Origin: an uncultured Bacteroidales bacterium
GTDB taxonomy: Bacteria > Bacteroidota > Bacteroidia > Bacteroidales > UBA10428
Direction of reading: 5' to 3'
Length of the DNA stretch: 64,000 nt
Assembly: GCA_963705125.1 (NCBI GenBank)
Contig: CAVPIY010000011.1
Span: forward strand, 222,953 to 286,952
Shown here piece after piece: positions 1 to 9,112 of the stretch. Numbering within the stretch: position 1 is the stretch's first letter; every line of letters begins with the position of its first letter. The notes under the pieces are model-generated. The model saw nothing but the letters and a program-made list of their open reading frames with translations. It was not told the DNA's origin and ran no database searches. Made by a program: the position numbers and the translations under genes.

Positions 1-15
1 TGGTATGAGGGCTGC

Positions 16-1059
16 CTATTTCAAATGCTGAGTCAGCCATGCGTAAGTCCGTCTTTCCGCTTCGGGAGCTACATCATGACCGGTGCCATGATTGAATAAT
101 TGCAGGTTTTGTCCTTTTTTGCCATACAGGTTATAAACCGGCAGAACGGCATCAATATATGGTCTGCTTTTCTCACCATCCGCGGAATCTCCGCCGATCA
201 GGAGGAAGGGTTTGGGTGCAGCCAGGGCGAGTACCTCATGGTGTGCATGACCAAAAGCATGGATATCCTGATCCAGGTACCAGGGTGCATCCCAGTTCGA
301 GAAGTCAATCCCGATGCCGCCTTCATTGCTTACTGCGGCCTTAACCCGGTCATCGAATGCGGCCAAATATAGAGCTTCTTTTGCGCCCAGGGAATGACCC
401 ATTGTCCCGATCCGCTTTGGATCTGTTTCCGGCAGGGTGAGCAGTACATCAACCGCCCTGGAGGCATCAAACAGCATCTTGGCCATTCCCTTTGACCCGG
501 GATGCCGCGTTTTGAATAAAGCGACCTGCGGTTCAATCTTGCCCGTATCTCCATTATCCCAGAATAAATAACAGATCGGGCAGAATACGATAAAGCCCTG
601 CCTGGCCAGTTTATATCCGTAATCATGGCCTTCTGCTTCAAAGCCTGCAATGTAATTCAGCCGCAAACTGGTCGAATGCATGGCCACCACACCCGGCAGA
701 CGGCTGGTTATATGCTCCGGCCTGATCAGGTAACCCTGAACCGGCAGTCCGGGCTCGCTTTCGTATTCCACCAGCTGTCTCACCAGTCCTTCCGGATGAT
801 CCTCCTTCAATACCCTCAGGACCGGCGGATTCGGATTGGGTTCCAGGGCACCCAGGTAATCGAGCCATCTTTTCCGGATCAACTTTCTTTGTGCCTTCCA
901 GGCATGCAAAGAACGGATGGTCCTCCCTTCCTCATCCACAAGCAATGAGGAAAGTTCCTGAGATTGTACGGAAATCCGGCCATTAATCTGCCTGGTAAAA
1001 GCAAGGCAGATACCTGCACCGGCCAATCCGAATGTAATAATGAATTCTTTTCTTTTCAT
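16..1059 (-). CDS. secreted alpha/beta-hydrolase-fold esterase (family unresolved)
   Basis: 347-aa ORF with a hydrophobic N-terminal signal-like segment. Nucleophile elbow 'GHSLGA' (G-x-S-x-G) and distal 'HGTGHD'. Length typical of dienelactone-hydrolase/acetyl-esterase-like proteins. Confidence 0.6.
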   Translation of the reverse strand: MKRKEFIITFGLAGAGICLAFTRQINGRISVQSQELSSLLVDEEGRTIRSLHAWKAQRKLIRKRWLDYLGALEPNPNPPVLRVLKEDHPEGLVRQLVEYESEPGLPVQGYLIRPEHITSRLPGVVAMHSTSLRLNYIAGFEAEGHDYGYKLARQGFIVFCPICYLFWDNGDTGKIEPQVALFKTRHPGSKGMAKMLFDASRAVDVLLTLPETDPKRIGTMGHSLGAKEALYLAAFDDRVKAAVSNEGGIGIDFSNWDAPWYLDQDIHAFGHAHHEVLALAAPKPFLLIGGDSADGEKSRPYIDAVLPVYNLYGKKGQNLQLFNHGTGHDVAPEAERRTYAWLTQHLK

Positions 1060-1077
1060 GATTTGGGTATGTTTGTA

Positions 1078-2772
1078 TTATTTCTGCTTACCGGAAATCA
1101 AAGGATCAAAGATATCACTGCTTGATTTGGCTACCGGGCGCCTTACACCGTTAATATCCGGTCTGATGTTAATTTCAAAGGGGGGCTGAATATACCAGTA
1201 TGATGTCAGTGCATAGTTCATCCTGGTTTCGGCCCAATGCCACAACTCAATATTTGAACTTATGGAATGGTTGAAAGGGATTGCATCCAGTGAACGGTAT
1301 CGCATGTTTACAGTCAGACCTCCCTCGCTCGTATTTCCTTCATTACCATCACCCACAGGCTGTGCAATGAAAGGATGCGAGAAAGGATCAGGACGTCCGA
1401 AACCATAACCGTAATAATCCTCTGAACCCGTTCCAAAGCTGGAGGGGAAGGACTCCCCATCCACGAATATTTTCTCGTCTCCCTCACCCCACCATTCATA
1501 GGATGTATTGAACAGGGTTATCTGATCACCCGCATAAACGCCTTTGCCCCTGATATCAATAAAATTGAGATCTGACATGCCCCCTTTTTCATCACGGGTA
1601 TTCAGGTTATGATACTCATGCCAGGCTGCACAGAAATACATACTGTTGGATTTCCAGGTATAGTCCGAAAGTCCTGCGATACCGGCTATCCTTAATGGTT
1701 CCCGACCGTAATTTGTAATGGTCAGCCTGCAACTATCCTGATATGGCATAATCCAGCGTGATTCCATCTGTCCTGCGTCGTCCGACCGGCTGATCCAGGT
1801 CTTATGGGGTACTATCCGGTAGCCGGTACCGAAAAATTCCCCGACCGGAACCCATACAGTCTGTATACCGTCAAAACTGGCAGAAAGTACAGTCGAACGA
1901 AGTACCTGTTCAGCCTCAGGAGAGCAGATCCGTATCAAGAGACGGTTCACGGCGCTTCGTTTCCGGTTGAAATAAAGGGAGAAGGATCCACCGGGCAGGA
2001 TGGTCTGGTTGAATTCTTTTTCCGCGACTGAACGGATGCTTTCATTCAACAGCATGTCCTGTGCCTTATCCAGCAAGGGCTTGGCCTCTGCAAGCAACTG
2101 CATGGTGAATGTTTCCAAATCCACTGATGCATCGTACTTCCGGTAACCTATGTTATAGAATACATCCGGGTAATAGTAGCCCTCCTTGTACATTACCAGC
2201 GAATCACATTCATAGGTAATCTTGCAATGCCGGTCAAAGGGTATGGGCAGATACAGGTTGTGATCCAGGTCCCTTCCCTTCTCTTTAATCATAACACCCT
2301 CATGGACTGAAACGGCGAAGGGAGGCTCTGCAAGCAAATCCCCGCTCAGAACTTGATCCGGAGTACCCTGGATTGCAGGAAGGGAATCATGGTCGAGGTA
2401 TACCCGGATTATACCGTGCTGTGCCAGGTAAAAAGTCATCCACCACCGGACGATAGATCCCGGTCCGGATGTATCGAACATGACAAATTCACGCCGCCCG
2501 CTGTTGTGCTCTACCCGGATGAAATGAGACATGTCTTCGTTAGCGAACCAGCCTTCAGTACCGGGTGTTACCGATTCGCGGTTATAGCTGCTGAACTGGA
2601 GATGCCTGTATGGTTTCCGGGGAAAATAAGTCAGATTTTCATGACTGGTCATTTCCTCAATCAAAGAAGCCAGGGTTACCTTTTTTTGGCCTCCTGCGCA
2701 GGTGATAAAAAGTAACACGACCAGAAAACTTGTTATAATTAAGGTTTTGTTTGACATATTTAAAAAATACAT
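1078..2772 (-). CDS. DUF2961 / glycoside hydrolase family 172-like protein
   Basis: 564-aa ORF with a lipoprotein-like N-terminus ('LLFITCAGG'). The motif 'WWGEGDEKIFVDGE...FGTGSEDYYGYGFG' is the hallmark I associate with DUF2961 (CAZy GH172). The start could be the internal Met at 2757. Confidence 0.7.
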   Translation of the reverse strand: MYFLNMSNKTLIITSFLVVLLFITCAGGQKKVTLASLIEEMTSHENLTYFPRKPYRHLQFSSYNRESVTPGTEGWFANEDMSHFIRVEHNSGRREFVMFDTSGPGSIVRWWMTFYLAQHGIIRVYLDHDSLPAIQGTPDQVLSGDLLAEPPFAVSVHEGVMIKEKGRDLDHNLYLPIPFDRHCKITYECDSLVMYKEGYYYPDVFYNIGYRKYDASVDLETFTMQLLAEAKPLLDKAQDMLLNESIRSVAEKEFNQTILPGGSFSLYFNRKRSAVNRLLIRICSPEAEQVLRSTVLSASFDGIQTVWVPVGEFFGTGYRIVPHKTWISRSDDAGQMESRWIMPYQDSCRLTITNYGREPLRIAGIAGLSDYTWKSNSMYFCAAWHEYHNLNTRDEKGGMSDLNFIDIRGKGVYAGDQITLFNTSYEWWGEGDEKIFVDGESFPSSFGTGSEDYYGYGFGRPDPFSHPFIAQPVGDGNEGNTSEGGLTVNMRYRSLDAIPFNHSISSNIELWHWAETRMNYALTSYWYIQPPFEINIRPDINGVRRPVAKSSSDIFDPLISGKQK

Positions 2773-2893
2773 TTTTTCCCTCAGTCAATCAATTCTTAAG
2801 ACTTTGTCCTGAGAATTTGAACCAAACATAAATAATATTGTTAAAAAATCGTAATGAATTGATTTATATATTAAGCATTAAGACCAAGTAATT

Positions 2894-3340
2894 ATGAGAA
2901 TCGAGAAATCCATTGATATTTATAGAAGCACCGAAGAGGTATTTGAATACCTCAGATATACCAGGAACCAGGATTATTTCAGTGTCTGGAATATGAAGGA
3001 CCCGGGTATGAAAAAGGAATTCAAGGGAACGGATGGAACGGTTGGATTTATATACAGATGGGATAGTACTAACAAGAATGTTGGATCTGGTGAGCAGGAA
3101 ATAATTGGCATTGATGAAGGGAAGAGTATAGCGTATGCACTGAGATTTACTCGTCCCATGCAAAATACAGGTCAAGTAAAATTTCAAGTATCAGGCAAAG
3201 AAAAGACAACTTCGGTAACCTGGGTATTTGACAGCCCTGCTAAATTTCCCATGTCATTATTCTCACCCATATTTAAAAAAATGCTGGGAAAGGACCTGGA
3301 AAAGGGACTGAACAACCTGAAAAGAATATTGGAAGCCTAA
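2894..3340 (+). CDS. small SRPBCC/START-fold-like protein (weak call)
   Basis: 148-aa ORF with no signal peptide. N-terminus 'MRIEKSIDIYRSTEEVFEYL' and size resemble SRPBCC (polyketide cyclase/AHSA1-like) proteins. Called from memory only. Confidence 0.4.
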   Translation: MRIEKSIDIYRSTEEVFEYLRYTRNQDYFSVWNMKDPGMKKEFKGTDGTVGFIYRWDSTNKNVGSGEQEIIGIDEGKSIAYALRFTRPMQNTGQVKFQVSGKEKTTSVTWVFDSPAKFPMSLFSPIFKKMLGKDLEKGLNNLKRILEA

Positions 3341-3408
3341 GCCTGAATGTCTTTGCGATGCTCGCAATGCTGAGTTCCTCATTCATCATTCATAATTCAT
3401 CATTACTT

Positions 3409-3744
3409 CTGATGCGTACAAGAATAAGTTTGCATTAGACTCAAAATAATCGGTTTTGAAGCCACGGAGTGGCATCATCTCAATAACCGTGGGTGATAAC
3501 CCACGGATATGTACAGAATATAGTCTCTCAGCCCTGAAAGGGTTGAATAACAGGTGATAATGCCTATCGGTTCAACCCCTCCGGGGCTGAATGGTGATGC
3601 CGGTCTTTTCTGCCGTGGGTTTACACCCACGGTTATTTATATAAAGCCCCTTCGGGGTCAAAAATCAAATCAAAAAATCAAAGAACGCATATATTATATT
3701 TAATATCAATAATATACAAACAAATTTTGAAAGTTAACGCATCA
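3409..3744. repeat. hairpin-rich non-coding element, copy A (same family as 41980-42813)
   Basis: Bounded by 'CTGATGCGT' and 'ACGCATCA' (inverted). Contains stem-loops 'GCCAC-GGAG-TGGC', 'CCGTGGGT-GATA-ACCCACGG', 'CCGTGGGT-TTAC-ACCCACGG' and 'CCCC-TTC-GGGG'. Its 45-nt AT-rich core (3672-3716) recurs at 42367-42411. Flanked by 20-nt direct repeats at 3381-3400 and 3751-3770. Confidence 0.55.
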
Positions 3745-3766
3745 CCACTAATTCATCATTTATAAT

Positions 3767-4930
3767 TCATAATTCCAAATCAAACTCCCCCAGGTTTAAT
3801 GGATATTTCCCGTATTCGCGGACCAGTTTCACGATATAGTCATACGTGTGACCGGAGACGGCACTGGAAACTGAATGGTCAGACTGAAAGATAAATCCGC
3901 CCTGCTTTGCGGCATTCAGTTTCCGCAGAACTTCGCGCCTGATCAGCTCCCTGTCGCCGGTTTCCCATACCTGGATATCATTGCTTCCGCAGTAGCCGAT
4001 CCGGTTACCATACTGTTGCTTCAACCGGACGGCATCCATACCGGCTTTGACCTCCAGGGGATTATAAGCGTCAAGTCCCATTCCGATAAAATCCTCAAAA
4101 ATCAGGCTGACGTTACCACATCCATGGTAGATGACCGGCAGGTTGTGCCTATGGCACGCATCAATCATAGCCTTCACCCAGGGTTTGAAATACTGCCGCC
4201 AGTATTCCGGATCAAAGAGCATGGTCTGTCTGAAAGCCACATCACCCCAGATCACAAATCCGTCCAGCCATCCGCCTGCAGCCTCAATTTCCGCCCTGGT
4301 GCAATCAAGATAGAACTGTCCGATCCTGTTGATACATTCCCCCAGCCGGTCGGGATACATGCCCATCCAGAAGAGCGCATGCTCCTGTCCGATCAGTCGG
4401 GTCAAACATTCGGAGCACTCGATCATGCTCCCGTACACCGGGTAATCAGGGTATAATTTCCTTACCGTTTCGGTCCATGCCGGTGAATTGCGTTCGAATC
4501 CGTCACCCACGCCCGCGATCTGATTGTCACCGGCCTCAAAAAACCGGCGGTGATCGTCTGCACTGTCAAACTCAAAAGCTTCCAGTTTTTCAATTGTATC
4601 CACATCAAAAGCAATATATTCCGGCATCGGAAAATCAAACCTTTTCCGGAGCGTTGCACCAAATCCGGTTTTAACCAAAACCTCAGCTTCGTTTTCACGG
4701 ATGGTTTCAAACGAACGGATATGGGGGTCCATATTGGGGGTGGTCACAATCCAGTCCAGGTCATAGTAAGAATAGGGGTCTGCTGTTTCAGGCAGATCCA
4801 GTTCCTTTCTCCAGCGCTTAACAAAACTTCCCCAGAAAAAATCACTTATCGGAACCCGGTCAGGCTCTTTGTGACGCAAAGCCTTGTTCATGCGGTCCAG
4901 TTTCAGCAGGCAATTTTCAGTCCGGTTCAT
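3767..4930 (-). CDS. uroporphyrinogen decarboxylase (URO-D)/MtaA-like family protein
   Basis: 387-aa ORF with no signal peptide. N-terminal 'KEPDRVPISDFFW' and the overall pattern are typical of URO-D-family (beta/alpha)8 proteins found in Bacteroidota glycan loci. Confidence 0.55.
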   Translation of the reverse strand: MNRTENCLLKLDRMNKALRHKEPDRVPISDFFWGSFVKRWRKELDLPETADPYSYYDLDWIVTTPNMDPHIRSFETIRENEAEVLVKTGFGATLRKRFDFPMPEYIAFDVDTIEKLEAFEFDSADDHRRFFEAGDNQIAGVGDGFERNSPAWTETVRKLYPDYPVYGSMIECSECLTRLIGQEHALFWMGMYPDRLGECINRIGQFYLDCTRAEIEAAGGWLDGFVIWGDVAFRQTMLFDPEYWRQYFKPWVKAMIDACHRHNLPVIYHGCGNVSLIFEDFIGMGLDAYNPLEVKAGMDAVRLKQQYGNRIGYCGSNDIQVWETGDRELIRREVLRKLNAAKQGGFIFQSDHSVSSAVSGHTYDYIVKLVREYGKYPLNLGEFDLEL

Positions 4931-5004
4931 GGTATTTTTCTCATTTCTAAAATTTCTTCATTCTCCCGAAGGGATGCCTTCGGCAACAATTCATCATTCA
5001 TAAT

Positions 5005-7485
5005 TCACGGTCTTATCGTCAGCACCTCCCCCTTTTCAGTACTGATTTCAGCTATTCCAGCACCCAGCCTGGTTTTCCCTGCATGATTCTTCAAAGTTCC
5101 CCCTTTCTCCCAGGGCAGGATTATTTTCAGGGTTTTTCCGGCTTCGCTGAGGACCCGGATTTCCCTTACCTCTCCGTTTTTCAGTACTGCGGTGACCAGA
5201 AATGCTCCGGCGGCCCTCAGATTATGGAATTCAGCGTCCCTGTCGGACGGCCAGTTCGGAAAAAGACGGATCGTGCCGTTGTAGCTTTGCATCAGACATT
5301 CATTGATGACTGCCGGCAATGCAAAGTTTTCAAACCAGATACCCATGTTATCCATAAAACCGTAATTACCCTGGTCGCTGTAACGTCCGTGAACCTGCAT
5401 GACCATGTCGGAAGCCGTGCCGTTGGGTAGAAGACTGTAGTTTACCTGCCGTTTGAATTTTTCCAGGTCGAGCATCCCGATCCGTGCAGCCTGAAGATTC
5501 ATGAAAACCAGATCATTACCTCCTTCATTCTGCTGATTCAGGAAGGTATTTTTTACCAGATCCAGCGTTGCACTGTCAGAATGCAACCCGTGATCTTCAC
5601 CGGGGAATACAGTAATCAGGGCATTGGGGACATTATAAACGACCTGGTCATGCTCTCCTGGAACTGAAACAATTACTTTGCCATATTTTTCCGACTCAGC
5701 TATCGCATAGGGTGGCATATTGTTTAGTAGTGTCTCAACATCAGCAAGTAAATTTTTTTCACCCTGCTCCAGTCCCAGAACCTGCGTGGCTTCTTTGAAT
5801 GCGTTGAAGATAAATTTAACGAGTGTCAAATCAACCGTGCAGTCATAGTTGTACTTGAATCCCGGACGCAGGCCATATAATTCGGGTGTTACGGTTGGAA
5901 AAATATGGTAATATTGATCACCCCATTGAGGGCCCCGTGCTTCCGGTCGTTTCATATACGCCACCAAAAATTTAACCGCTTCTTTTATCGGGGTATATCC
6001 CCGGTTCTTTAAAAAAACCGTATCCTGTGAATACAGGTAATGCCACCAGAGTCCCTGCACTGACCAGGGTGTTTCGCATATTTCCCAGCCCCAGGTCGGT
6101 ACCGGGTAGGGATTCATGGTCATATCCACAGGGTATGCGCTGTGCGGGAAATATGCTCCAGGCAGGTGATAATATTCCTTCGCCCATTTGCGGCTGACAT
6201 CCATTAGTGATTCGATGAGACTTACATAGGACAGGTTCTTTTCCAGGTGATTGCTGGAAAAGGTAAGCCAGAAAGGCTGCTGCGTGTTGTAGTTCATGTG
6301 ATAATCACCATGCCAGGCGGTTCCGATGTTGTTATAACTCCAGTTTGCAAAAAGCCCTGGTGTGTTTACGCCTTCCTTCACAGCACAATTAAAGAAATAC
6401 AGGTTGCGGTACCAGATGCTTTCCAGGAAATTATCCTCCAGTTTCACACCCGACTTGTTCCAGTATGCTTCCCATATCTGGCGACACTGCTGAAGCGATT
6501 TTTCGAAGTCATCATTGACGGGTTGTCCTGATTCAGCAACCTGGATTTCAGAATCTGTTTGTAAACCTTCCTGCAATGATATACATCCGATGAATGTTTC
6601 CTTTTCTGCAATACTGCCTTCCAGCAAACCCATGATCTCTTTGTTTCCGTCCCAGTTTATCCGGGATCCTTTCTCCAGCGGGGAATTTATGGATGCTGTC
6701 AGGCGGAATGCCCTGTCCTTTATATGTCCCTTTGCCGGATCATATTTTTCCGGTTCCTGAAATGGCATAACCTGCCGGAAGGAAAGGATTCCGGCAGGCA
6801 AATTTTCATCAACCTTGCAGGAGGGAAACTCCCGGGGTGTGGATGGGTCGGGCATCACCCGGATCCTGTCGAAAATGCTGCGACACAGCCTCCCCTGTTT
6901 GTCTGTGAGCCTCATCCACAGTTTATCCCCGGCCTGATCCGTAAATATTTGCAGCTTTATTTCCTGACCATCAGTGGTTAACAGTTCAACTTCACATAAT
7001 CCGTCAGAGATGTCAAGCCGGTGCCCGATCAGCTCGGCGTTCCTGCGGTCAAAGCCGAGAAGCACTGAACCACAGGGGAAAGGACGAGGATATGGCTGGC
7101 TGTAATTATCAGCGGCCATTTCACTGTATTCCTTGTACCAGGGATCCTGGGTCAGGACTGACAAGGTATCGGAAATTGCTTTCACCTTTTTGAACACATA
7201 ATCAAAGGTACCGATCTTTTCCCTGTGGTTCTCTGCGATCCGGATATCCCAGACATTGTTATGACCGAAATACAGGAGTATACCATCAGGCCGGGTAGTC
7301 ACTACCACCCCCATCGCACCGTTCCCCAGAATGGCCCCTTCAAAAAAATCAACGGCAGGACGGTCAGAGATTATCGGATGAAGCTTGGCCCGGTGATACG
7401 ACGAGAATTTTTCCGGAGTCTCCTGTTTTTGGTTGCAGGATGCTAGGATCATAACAATGCTCAAAAATGCAAAGAACTTGTTCAT
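5005..7485 (-). CDS. glycoside hydrolase family 95-like protein
   Basis: 826-aa ORF with lipobox 'ILASC'. Motifs: 'LGNGAMG' N-terminal; 'WHGDYHMNYNTQQPFW' (compare the GH95 W-G-x-Y-T-x-N-I-N-x-Q-M-N-Y-W block); C-terminal 'IRLFPNWP...FHNLRAAGAFLV' (compare GH95 'LLPALP...GLRARGGF'). Confidence 0.6.
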   Translation of the reverse strand: MNKFFAFLSIVMILASCNQKQETPEKFSSYHRAKLHPIISDRPAVDFFEGAILGNGAMGVVVTTRPDGILLYFGHNNVWDIRIAENHREKIGTFDYVFKKVKAISDTLSVLTQDPWYKEYSEMAADNYSQPYPRPFPCGSVLLGFDRRNAELIGHRLDISDGLCEVELLTTDGQEIKLQIFTDQAGDKLWMRLTDKQGRLCRSIFDRIRVMPDPSTPREFPSCKVDENLPAGILSFRQVMPFQEPEKYDPAKGHIKDRAFRLTASINSPLEKGSRINWDGNKEIMGLLEGSIAEKETFIGCISLQEGLQTDSEIQVAESGQPVNDDFEKSLQQCRQIWEAYWNKSGVKLEDNFLESIWYRNLYFFNCAVKEGVNTPGLFANWSYNNIGTAWHGDYHMNYNTQQPFWLTFSSNHLEKNLSYVSLIESLMDVSRKWAKEYYHLPGAYFPHSAYPVDMTMNPYPVPTWGWEICETPWSVQGLWWHYLYSQDTVFLKNRGYTPIKEAVKFLVAYMKRPEARGPQWGDQYYHIFPTVTPELYGLRPGFKYNYDCTVDLTLVKFIFNAFKEATQVLGLEQGEKNLLADVETLLNNMPPYAIAESEKYGKVIVSVPGEHDQVVYNVPNALITVFPGEDHGLHSDSATLDLVKNTFLNQQNEGGNDLVFMNLQAARIGMLDLEKFKRQVNYSLLPNGTASDMVMQVHGRYSDQGNYGFMDNMGIWFENFALPAVINECLMQSYNGTIRLFPNWPSDRDAEFHNLRAAGAFLVTAVLKNGEVREIRVLSEAGKTLKIILPWEKGGTLKNHAGKTRLGAGIAEISTEKGEVLTIRP

Positions 7486-7531
7486 AAGATAATTGTTAAG
7501 TCGTTCATTATTTCAAGTTTATTTTCATTTG

Positions 7532-8056
7532 CCCTCACCCCTGCCCCTCTCCTCGAGGAGAGGGGGAAGAATGTCAGATGAATCATTTTATTATAGATAT
7601 AGATTGTTGGACCTCCATATTTATGTTAAATAGAACCGTATCAAGTGAGCTTAATATCTCTTGGTTTGTGAATCGAATTATCCTGATATCAAACTCCTTC
7701 AATTCAAATGTTCTACCTTCATCATACTCTTGTGAGTAAGACTCATTATGAATTTCTCCGTCCACTTCAACTACCAGTCTGGCTTCATGGCAATAAAAAT
7801 CAGCAATAAACCTCTTAATGGGATGTTGTCGCCTGAACTTAAATCCATTTAATCTCCTGTTCCGTAGCGCATTCCACAAAATACTCTCAGCATCTGTCAT
7901 ATTAGCTCTGTGATCCTTGGCAAAACCAAAAGTCTTTGCCTTTGAACCAAAATGAAGTAGATGATCTTTTTCTGAATCCATTGCCTGATAAAACTACAAA
8001 AAAAGATTCAATAAATTGATTTCCTCTCTCCTCAAGGAGAGGGGCAGGGGTGAGGG
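7532..8056. mobile_element. candidate selfish unit: inverted hairpin repeats enclosing a DUF559 endonuclease gene
   Basis: Left arm 7532-7570 and the reverse complement of right arm 8021-8056 share a perfect 22-nt outer segment 'CCCTCACCCCTGCCCCTCTCCT' plus a near-identical hairpin. Only one ORF lies between them. The same repeat occurs at four other sites in the window. Confidence 0.4.
7583..7981 (-). CDS. DUF559 (Vsr/restriction-endonuclease-like fold) domain protein
   Basis: 132-aa ORF. 'ESILWNALRNRRLNGFKFRRQHPI..FIADFYCHEARLVVEVDGEIH...IRIIRFTNQEI' matches the DUF559 pattern. Confidence 0.75.
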   Translation of the reverse strand: MDSEKDHLLHFGSKAKTFGFAKDHRANMTDAESILWNALRNRRLNGFKFRRQHPIKRFIADFYCHEARLVVEVDGEIHNESYSQEYDEGRTFELKEFDIRIIRFTNQEILSSLDTVLFNINMEVQQSISIIK

Positions 8057-8175
8057 ATTGAGGCATTATTGTGAATAATAAATAAAATTACTTCGTGAAT
8101 ATATCTATTTTTAATTGTCCGATTTTTATCCAATTCCTGCATCCAAATTAAGAACTAATATAAAATTTCTAGCCA

Positions 8176-9033
8176 ATGAAACAGTTTAAATTCGCCATGG
8201 AATACATATTAATTGCGATTCTGCTTTTTACACCTTTAGTCATGGGAAAATCAGCAGCTCAGGATAATAAAGAGAAATCAACCATCGTGTTAGCCGGCTT
8301 ACAAATGAACGTGACCTGTGATATGAATAAAAACCGTGACCAGATCCTCACGGGCATCCGGAAAGCTGCACTCGAAGGAGCAGATTTCCTGGTCACTCCC
8401 GAAGGTTCACTGTCAGGTTATACCCCACATTTCAGCCAGGCCGGACTGGTGATTGCCCTGGAAGAAATCACATCTGAAGCCCATAAACTGAAAGTGGGAC
8501 TTATGATAGGTACCTGTTATAAAGAACTAATCGCGGACAGGGAGTTCTGTTACAATCAGATCCGGGTATATGCTCCGGATGGGCATTACATGGGTGCTTA
8601 TTCCAAAATTTTGCGCTGCAGCAGTCTGGACCTGCCGGGATCAGGTGAAATGGTTGATTATATTGAGGGTGAGCTGAAAACCTTTGTCTGGAACGACCTT
8701 AGGTTTGGTATTCTTATCTGCAATGATCTCTGGGCAACTCCGGGCTATACAACCATGCCAAATCCCTATTTGCCCTGGAAATTAAAACAATTGGGAGCAC
8801 AATTCATAGTACATTGTATCAACTCTGGTACAGTGCAGAAATACAGGCCCTTTCATGAATCCTCTGCGGAGCTGTGGGCACTTTCCCTGCAGATCCCGAT
8901 TTTGGAAATCAATGCCGCGCAGGGAAACGAGATCATTAATGCCCGGTCCGGACTGATTGATGCCAATGGGGAAAGGAGTCTGCGAGTAAGTGATTCGGGT
9001 TTTCAGTGCTTTACTGTCAGAATAAATTTCTAA
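8176..9033 (+). CDS. secreted carbon-nitrogen hydrolase (nitrilase superfamily)
   Basis: 285-aa ORF with an N-terminal signal peptide. 'FLVTPEGSLSGY' gives the catalytic Glu context and 'GILICNDLW' the catalytic Cys context. Confidence 0.6.
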   Translation: MKQFKFAMEYILIAILLFTPLVMGKSAAQDNKEKSTIVLAGLQMNVTCDMNKNRDQILTGIRKAALEGADFLVTPEGSLSGYTPHFSQAGLVIALEEITSEAHKLKVGLMIGTCYKELIADREFCYNQIRVYAPDGHYMGAYSKILRCSSLDLPGSGEMVDYIEGELKTFVWNDLRFGILICNDLWATPGYTTMPNPYLPWKLKQLGAQFIVHCINSGTVQKYRPFHESSAELWALSLQIPILEINAAQGNEIINARSGLIDANGERSLRVSDSGFQCFTVRINF

Positions 9034-9083
9034 GGTTAGGGATGATGCAAACAGGCAACAGTGAATTTTATTGATATACCCCA

Positions 9084-9112
9084 GTTCGGCTGAGGCACAG
9101 CCTCAGCCGAAC
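9084..9112 (+). terminator. 12-bp stem hairpin downstream of the C-N hydrolase gene (possible terminator, no T-tract)
   Basis: 'GTTCGGCTGAGG-CACAG-CCTCAGCCGAAC' lies 51 nt after the stop codon. It is not followed by a T run. Confidence 0.3.

Noticed and set aside
3440-3660. tRNA, tmRNA or other standard RNA gene suggested by clustered stem-loops. The same consideration applied at 42090-42700 and 27500-27860.
   Set aside because: I could draw no cloverleaf arrangement, no conserved T-loop/anticodon architecture, and no RNase P/SRP/tmRNA consensus segments. The stems are simple perfect palindromes typical of REP-like repeats.
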